From Candidatus Moraniibacteriota bacterium (GTDB lineage Bacteria; Patescibacteriota; Minisyncoccia; Moranbacterales; UBA1568): DNA of 64,000 nt. Positions 56,387 to 64,000 of this stretch are shown piece after piece. Location of the stretch: assembly GCA_028711705.1 (NCBI GenBank), contig JAQTRS010000004.1, positions 9,205 through 73,204 on the forward strand. The letters run 5' to 3'. Each line of letters starts with the position of its first letter. The first letter of the stretch is position 1. The notes under the pieces were generated by a model. That model worked only from the letters and a program-made list of their open reading frames with translations, did no database searches and was not told the DNA's origin. The translations under genes and the position numbers were made by a program.

Positions 56387-57376
56387 ATGAACAAAGAAGA
56401 ATTATTACAGGGAATCACCTTGCTCTCGCAGGAGAAAAGAGTGACTCGCGATGAGGTATTGCGGGCGTATGATGAGGGTTCCGAAAAGGAAAAGGCTTCG
56501 CAGCATGGCGCTGCAGCGTTCGATATGGCGGATATCATGTATTATCTTGGCGGCGGCATCGTGGCTATCGGTATCGCCATTTTCTTGTCGCAGAATTGGG
56601 ATGCGCTCAACACCTTCGCGCGTATTCTCTCGACGCTCGGTTCGGGCGTGCTGGCGTATAATATCGGTGTCACTCTTTCCAAACAAGCGAAGCGGTCCAC
56701 CATGGGGCAGGCCTTCCATCTGATCGCCGCTATCGCATTGCCGATCGGACTCTTCGTGACGCTGGATGAACTCGATGTGGATGTGGCCAGTTTCGGGGTG
56801 ATGAGCGTGATATATGCCGCGCTGTTCGGAACCTACCTGTTTTCCTACCGCGTGTTCGGAGGGGTTTTATTCTCGCTTGCGAGTACTGTTTTCGGGACAG
56901 TCCTTTTTTGGAGTGTGACGAGCTGGCTCGTATCCGGAACCGCCATCTTTTCGGAGGGGGATTTCGCTTCGTATCAGTTTCTGATCATCGGCTTGGCGTA
57001 TGCGCTGCTCGGCCATCATTTCGTGATGACCCGTGTGGCTCCGCTCACGAAATACCTCTACACCTTCGGGCTGCTTTTCTTTTTCGGAGCGGCGCTCGCT
57101 TTGGGCGGCTATGCGCCCGATCAGCAGTATTTCTGGGAGCTTATCTATCCGGGGCTGGCGCTTGCGAGCGTTTTCCTGAGTTTGCCTTTGCGCAGCCGGG
57201 CCTTTTTGATTATCGGGACCGGGGCGCTGGTGGTATATATCTTCAAGATAACGGGGGAATATTTCGCGGATAGCCTGGGTTGGCCGCTGGCGCTTATCGT
57301 GGCGGGTTTCGGCATGATCGCGGTCGGTTCTTTGTTTGTGCGATTGAACAGAAAGTATAAGGCGCTGAAGTCATAA
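56387..57376 (+). CDS. hypothetical polytopic membrane protein
   Basis: About 8 predicted TM helices. No motif. Confidence 0.5.
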   Translation: MNKEELLQGITLLSQEKRVTRDEVLRAYDEGSEKEKASQHGAAAFDMADIMYYLGGGIVAIGIAIFLSQNWDALNTFARILSTLGSGVLAYNIGVTLSKQAKRSTMGQAFHLIAAIALPIGLFVTLDELDVDVASFGVMSVIYAALFGTYLFSYRVFGGVLFSLASTVFGTVLFWSVTSWLVSGTAIFSEGDFASYQFLIIGLAYALLGHHFVMTRVAPLTKYLYTFGLLFFFGAALALGGYAPDQQYFWELIYPGLALASVFLSLPLRSRAFLIIGTGALVVYIFKITGEYFADSLGWPLALIVAGFGMIAVGSLFVRLNRKYKALKS

Positions 57377-57421
57377 TCTTATCGGTGCGAAAAATAAGAA
57401 GACTGTCCAAGAAAGGTATTC

Positions 57422-57481
57422 TTGACAGTCTTTTTTTGTTTGCCTACAATGGTATTAGCAGTCTATGCTAAAGAGTGCTAA
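57422..57481 (+). promoter_or_regulatory. groEL promoter (TTGACA-N17-TACAAT) followed by a CIRCE element (HrcA operator)
   Basis: TTGACA at 57422-57427. TACAAT at 57445-57450. TTAGCAGTC-N9-GAGTGCTAA at 57455-57481, one mismatch from the CIRCE consensus TTAGCACTC-N9-GAGTGCTAA. Confidence 0.75.
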
Positions 57482-57527
57482 TATGAAAGGGTCAATCTTA
57501 AATAAATTAAGGATTTGAGAGAAATAA

Positions 57528-59216
<1,689 letters not shown>

Positions 59217-59366
59217 ACATCTCATAGGCGGATTGTCTGACCGATGGACTGTGACAGTGTTACGGTACGAAAACAGGATGTTGCTTCGCGCATCCTGTTT
59301 TTTGTCACTCGTGACGACAGAAAAAATATGCTATACTGGAAGCAACAAATAAAATAAAAGGGAGCT

Positions 59367-61115
59367 ATGCGAATAGGCAATACGCAATTGAAGGAATTCT
59401 TGATCGATGCCGGTCTTATCGGAAAGGATGTGATCGAATCCGCCTATCAGGAGTCTATCCAAAGCGGCAAGCAGATGGGGGATTTGCTATTGGAGAAAAA
59501 ACTCCTCAGCGAAATGGAGATTCAGAAGATGTATGCATATATTCTCGGTATCCCTTTCGTCGATCTGCATAAGAGCGTCATTCCTCCGGAAGTATTGCAG
59601 CTCGTTCCGGAGCCGATCGCTAAGAAGTACCGTATTGTCGCCTTTGAAAAGACCGGCACCAACCTTAAGGTGGCTATGCTCAATCCTGATGATCTGCAGA
59701 CTATCGATTTCATCAAGAAAAAGACGGGTGTCAAGATTATCCCCTGCCTTACGACACAGGAAAATATCCAGGAAATCCTCAAGCAGTACGAGAAGAGTTT
59801 GAAGGCGGATTTCGGTGAACTGATCAGCGGTGAAGTAGAAAAATTGACCGCGGAGGATCCCGAGGAAAATCTGGAAAAGGTGGCTCAGGGAATGCCAGTG
59901 ATCCGCGTGGTGGATACGCTCCTGAAACATGCCATCTTGCAATCCGCAAGCGATATCCACATCGAGCCTTCGGAAAAGGAGGTGCATGTTCGCTATCGTA
60001 TCGATGGTATCTTGCATGATGCCATGACACTCCCTCGAGATGTCGCCTCCGGTTTGGTGGCCCGTATTAAGGTGTTGTCCAATCTGAAATTGGATGAGCA
60101 TCGCTTACCTCAGGACGGCCGTTTTAAGCTCCAGAGCGAGGAATACAAAATATCTTTTCGCGTGAGTATCCTGCCGGTTTTCGATGGGGAAAAGATCGTG
60201 ATGCGCCTCCTTGACGAGGGATCGCATGGATTGACGCTCGAGAAAATGGGATTCGCGGGCGAGCCTTTGGAAATCATCCACCGGGAAATCCGCAAGCCCA
60301 ATGGCATGGTGCTGGTGACCGGCCCGACCGGAAGCGGAAAGACCACGACCTTGTACACGACGCTGGATATCCTCAATACTCCCGAAGTCAATATCAGCAC
60401 GGTCGAGGATCCGGTCGAGTACCGCATGGCCCGGGTCAATCAGACGCAGGTGAGCCCGAAAATTGGGATGACGTTCGCGGCCGCGCTCCGTTCTTTGCTC
60501 CGTCAGGATCCGGATATTATCATGGTGGGAGAAATTCGCGACGAAGAAACCCTCGAAATCGCGCTCCATGCCGCCATGACCGGACACCTCGTGCTCTCGA
60601 CGCTTCACACCAACAGCGCCGCAGCCACACTGCCCCGCATGCTCGATATGGGCGCCGAGCCGTTCCTGATCGCTTCTACCGTCAATGTGATCATCGCGCA
60701 GCGCCTCACGCGCCGCCTGTGCCAGGAATGCCGGGAAGAATACCATCTCGACGCCAAGGAAATCGAGACGCTCGGCAAGACATTCGATATGAAGGAACTG
60801 ATGGAATTTTTGGTGAAGCAGGAAACCTTGCAAGAGAAGGTCAATATCAAGAAGGGTTGGGAAAGCATCGGTTTTTACCGTGCGAAGGGCTGCGATCAGT
60901 GCGGCGGGGAAGGGTATCATGGGCGTATGGGCATCTATGAGGTGCTTGAGATGAATGATGAGATCAAAAAGCTCGTGACGCAATCCGCGACCACGGAAGC
61001 GATCGATACCCAGGCCAAGAAATCCGGCATGGCCACCATGGTGCAGGACGGTTTTATGAAGGCTGCCCAGGGCATCACTTCGCTTGAAGAGATTCTGCGT
61101 GTCACGAAGGAATAG
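59367..61115 (+). CDS. type II secretion / type IV pilus assembly ATPase (GspE/PilB family)
   Basis: N-terminal GSPII-type domain. Walker A VTGPTGSGKTTTLY. Asp box. Walker B. His box. Tetracysteine CQEC...CDQC. Confidence 0.9.
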   Translation: MRIGNTQLKEFLIDAGLIGKDVIESAYQESIQSGKQMGDLLLEKKLLSEMEIQKMYAYILGIPFVDLHKSVIPPEVLQLVPEPIAKKYRIVAFEKTGTNLKVAMLNPDDLQTIDFIKKKTGVKIIPCLTTQENIQEILKQYEKSLKADFGELISGEVEKLTAEDPEENLEKVAQGMPVIRVVDTLLKHAILQSASDIHIEPSEKEVHVRYRIDGILHDAMTLPRDVASGLVARIKVLSNLKLDEHRLPQDGRFKLQSEEYKISFRVSILPVFDGEKIVMRLLDEGSHGLTLEKMGFAGEPLEIIHREIRKPNGMVLVTGPTGSGKTTTLYTTLDILNTPEVNISTVEDPVEYRMARVNQTQVSPKIGMTFAAALRSLLRQDPDIIMVGEIRDEETLEIALHAAMTGHLVLSTLHTNSAAATLPRMLDMGAEPFLIASTVNVIIAQRLTRRLCQECREEYHLDAKEIETLGKTFDMKELMEFLVKQETLQEKVNIKKGWESIGFYRAKGCDQCGGEGYHGRMGIYEVLEMNDEIKKLVTQSATTEAIDTQAKKSGMATMVQDGFMKAAQGITSLEEILRVTKE

Positions 61116-61215
61116 ATCGTGACAAATTGTGTATTTTTCGGAGGTGTGGATGGTCGATGTAGAATATGCTATACTGAAGGCAATGAGAGTCAACTACCAA
61201 AATAAAATCAGGTGT

Positions 61216-62928
61216 ATGTGGAAGAATTCTGTGTTTCTGTTCAGCATCCTCTTCGTATTATTCGGCATGGCAGAGGAGGCGAGAGCGGCTGATCACTATG
61301 TCCGTACCGGTGCCACCGGATCGGCGAACGGGAACGACTGGACGAATGCCTATGCCGATTTGCCCCAAACGCTGGTGCGTGGGGATGTTTATTATATCGC
61401 TGACGGAACGTATCAGGACCGTCTCTTCGGAACCGCTCTGAATGGCACGAAGACCATCACTATCAAGAAGGCTATCGCATCGGACCATGGAGCGGCCGCC
61501 GATTGGCAGGCTCAGTATGGTGATGGGCAGGCCAATTTTGGAAATCTGGAGTTTTCAACCGGGTATTGGGTATTCGATGGCCAAACGGGAGGTGGACCGG
61601 GCAGCTGGAACAGCGGTTTCGGCTTCCGTCTCAATCACACTTCCGAGCATGGTGTTGTGCTGGGGAATAATGCTGACAATGTCACCATGCGCCATGTCGA
61701 GGTCATCGGCAATCTGACGGATGGCGTGCAGGGGTTTCGTCTCACTGGAGCGGATAACTTCACCCTCTCGTATTATTCCATGAATCAGATCGGCAATTGC
61801 CCGTTCTTTCTTGTTCCGGTGAGCAATTTTGTTGCGGAATACGGATACGTCGGAAAATTCTCAGGCTCCGGCGCGAACCATTCAGAAATCGCTTCGATCT
61901 GGGGCGGAGTCACCGGATCGATGACGTTCCGGTACAACGTATTCACGTCAGTGACCAGTACCGGGGGCATCATGTGGGATAATAACAATGATCACAATGC
62001 CCGCCTGAATGTCTATGGCAATGTCTTCGCCAATCTCCCCTCATCGGGCGTGTGGGACAATGGCGCGAACGGTCTTATCGGTGGCTGGACGGGCGGAAAC
62101 GGTGAAGATTTTTATAACGCCAAAATCTATAATAATTCCTTCATCAATACCTCGGGAAGGATTTTCACCGATTTCATCACGCGCTCCGGCGATAATGTCG
62201 CTGCCAATAATCTGTTCTACAATTCGAGCGCCCCGGGCTATGCGGACATCCAGACCCATAATTACAATCACTACATCAACTCCGGAGGATCCCAAGGCGA
62301 AGCTAATGGCACCAGTTCATCAGGCGGAGACCCGTTCGTAGATTATGTGAATCTCAATTTCGCGCTCAAGGCAGCGACGGCTGCAGGACAGACCCTCGGT
62401 TCACCCTATACCCTGGATGCGCTCGGCATTACCCGCGGCGCTGATGGCACTTGGGATCGCGGTGCTTTCGAATTCGGTTCAGAGGGTTTGTCCGATACTG
62501 TCGCCCCGATCATCACCCAGGTTGCTGCCATCCAGAGCATTACCCGCGACAATACCCCCAACTACACCTTCTCTTCCACCGAGGCGGGAGTCATTTCCTA
62601 TGTGGGAGATTGCTCCGTAACGAATATCTCCGCTGCAAACGCTAACAATGCCATCACGCTCAATGCCCTGAAGCGTGGCACTCATTCCGACTGCTCGATC
62701 AAAGTGACCGATGCCGCAAATAATCAAAGCGCATCCCTCTCCATACCGCCCTTTACCATTACCTTTCGAAGCGACCTGAACCTCGACCGATCGGTCAATG
62801 TTTCAGACTTCGGCCTTCTGAATACCTATTACGGAACCGGCAATAGCGCCGGGGATATCAATCTCGACGGCAAAGTCGATATGATAGATTTCGGCATAAT
62901 GCGGACGGAGTATGGGGGAACGATGTAG
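61216..62928 (+). CDS. secreted right-handed beta-helix protein with Big-like segment and C-terminal dockerin-like module
   Basis: Signal peptide MWKNSVFLFSILFVLFGMAEEARA. Asn/Gly-rich beta-helix-like repeats. Two Ca-binding dockerin-type segments (DLNLDRSVNVSDFGLL, DINLDGKVDMIDFGIM). Confidence 0.6.
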   Translation: MWKNSVFLFSILFVLFGMAEEARAADHYVRTGATGSANGNDWTNAYADLPQTLVRGDVYYIADGTYQDRLFGTALNGTKTITIKKAIASDHGAAADWQAQYGDGQANFGNLEFSTGYWVFDGQTGGGPGSWNSGFGFRLNHTSEHGVVLGNNADNVTMRHVEVIGNLTDGVQGFRLTGADNFTLSYYSMNQIGNCPFFLVPVSNFVAEYGYVGKFSGSGANHSEIASIWGGVTGSMTFRYNVFTSVTSTGGIMWDNNNDHNARLNVYGNVFANLPSSGVWDNGANGLIGGWTGGNGEDFYNAKIYNNSFINTSGRIFTDFITRSGDNVAANNLFYNSSAPGYADIQTHNYNHYINSGGSQGEANGTSSSGGDPFVDYVNLNFALKAATAAGQTLGSPYTLDALGITRGADGTWDRGAFEFGSEGLSDTVAPIITQVAAIQSITRDNTPNYTFSSTEAGVISYVGDCSVTNISAANANNAITLNALKRGTHSDCSIKVTDAANNQSASLSIPPFTITFRSDLNLDRSVNVSDFGLLNTYYGTGNSAGDINLDGKVDMIDFGIMRTEYGGTM

Positions 62929-62975
62929 GAGATGGTATACTGAAAAAAATAAAAGGGGGTTATTAAAATAAACCT

Positions 62976-64000
62976 ATGACTATGTGGAAGAAATTTTTGT
63001 ATCTGTTCGGAATCCCCTTCGTATTATTCGGCGTGGTAGGGGAGGCAAGAGCGGCCTGTGATCAGACGCTGAGTACCGGCGCCAATATCGCAAGCGCGGT
63101 ATCAAGCGCCGCCGCCGGATCCACCATCTGTCTTAACTCTGGCAGCTATGGAACTATTTCTCTTTCCGGTATCAATAAATCGAGCGATGTGACAATCATG
63201 TCTACTTCAGGAAAGACCGCCACCATCGCTTTCAATTTCGGGAACCTCAACCACATAAAATTTCAGAACCTTACCATCACCCGCATGGAAAATGGTGGAG
63301 GGAGCTCGAATACTTCCATTGTAAACAATGTATTTACCGGACAATTAAAACTTGTCGGTATCGGTTCAAATGTGCTGGTTGACGGCAATACGTTTGATGG
63401 AATATCCGTCGGCCCCAATGACTCTGAAGGACGCGTTCAGCTTTACGATGTGGCTGGACTTACTCTCTCCAATAATCACTTCGGAAGCGCAGGAGAATCT
63501 GATGGCATTCAGGCTGGCGGTCATGGAGGCATGATTGGTCCGGGTAATGTATTTGTCGGTATTATTCAAGGTACTTATGGTCGCCATGTGGACTCGATAC
63601 AGCTGTATGGCGAAGTCAACGGATATTCCATTGTTGGGAACTATTTCTCCGACGACACTATTTATTTGGGTGTCTATGACGGTGGCGCTAATTTGGTTGT
63701 GAAGAACAATATATTCGACAAGGATCACCAAGGAGGCAGCACTCTCCAGCTGGGTGGAATCAATGGTATGCTTTTTGAACACAATACATTTAATCGAACC
63801 TCAGGCGGTGCCGGTACTAAATTCGCAAACACTCCTAACACCAATTGGATTGTTCAGAACAACATTTTTAATGCCGCTTCTTGGACTGCGGGCGGTGATC
63901 AGCCTGGCTGTGGCACAAATTGCATCATGCGATACAACCTGAAAAGTAACGGGGGTTCATCGGACCCGGTAGGTACCAACAACATCACGGCCAATGCTAT
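62976..64000 (+). CDS. secreted beta-helix protein, paralogue of 61216-62928 (3' partial, runs off the window)
   Basis: Signal peptide MTMWKKFLYLFGIPFVLFGVVGEARA is near-identical at the nucleotide level to the upstream paralogue. PbH1-like repeats (NNIFDKDHQGG, NNHFGSAGESDGIQ). No stop before 64000. Confidence 0.6.
   Translation, partial: MTMWKKFLYLFGIPFVLFGVVGEARAACDQTLSTGANIASAVSSAAAGSTICLNSGSYGTISLSGINKSSDVTIMSTSGKTATIAFNFGNLNHIKFQNLTITRMENGGGSSNTSIVNNVFTGQLKLVGIGSNVLVDGNTFDGISVGPNDSEGRVQLYDVAGLTLSNNHFGSAGESDGIQAGGHGGMIGPGNVFVGIIQGTYGRHVDSIQLYGEVNGYSIVGNYFSDDTIYLGVYDGGANLVVKNNIFDKDHQGGSTLQLGGINGMLFEHNTFNRTSGGAGTKFANTPNTNWIVQNNIFNAASWTAGGDQPGCGTNCIMRYNLKSNGGSSDPVGTNNITANA

Noticed and set aside
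60105-61193. 362-aa minus-strand ORF overlapping the GspE/PilB gene
   Set aside because: Antisense shadow. The plus frame has Walker A/B and the tetracysteine motif.

Overview
The window is a 64-kb bacterial chromosomal segment, about 50% GC, dense with genes and using the standard genetic code (TGA is used as a stop; several ATGA start/stop overlaps). I support about 60 protein-coding genes and two class-II tRNAs, Ser-GCU and Leu-CAG. Promoters are clearly sigma70-type (TTGACA-N17-TATAAT/TATACT), and many carry the extended -10 TGCTATACT. No rRNA or CRISPR array is present. Housekeeping genes include: an M3 oligopeptidase (5' partial), gpmI, miaB-like, xth, rarA, bcp, an MsbA-like ABC exporter, lexA, rlmN, an RRM RNA-binding protein, glgA plus a GH57 enzyme, a malic enzyme, zwf, comF, clpC, secG, an OppA-like binding protein, manC, RNase J, a phosphomannomutase, ychF, groEL (with CIRCE) and a PilB/GspE ATPase. 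Cell-envelope hints (a glycine-zipper lipoprotein, a beta-rich C terminus ending in Trp, lipoboxes) suggest a diderm organism. The most unusual region is 33.0-38.1 kb. It is a compact exopolysaccharide-type locus: a C-terminally short UDP-sugar dehydrogenase homologue, then a HAS/NodC/chitin-synthase-type processive GT2 (GDDxRLT and QQxRW motifs) fused in one 937-aa ORF to a LysM-like segment and a PbH1 beta-helix domain, then a second membrane-anchored beta-helix protein. Other features worth a look are: a lexA-headed five-gene operon (NDT-like, ORF6N, Nudix, APH-type kinase) with a palindrome over the lexA -10; a 176-bp MITE-like element with 39-bp inverted repeats abutting a TRAM-less miaB; tandem C39-like peptidase paralogues; tandem lipoprotein paralogues with duplicated promoters; RNase J with a roughly 170-aa low-complexity N-terminal extension; and two secreted beta-helix paralogues, one with a C-terminal dockerin-like module, beside an orphan PilB/GspE gene. 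All functional calls come from motif recognition by eye, since no database search was possible.
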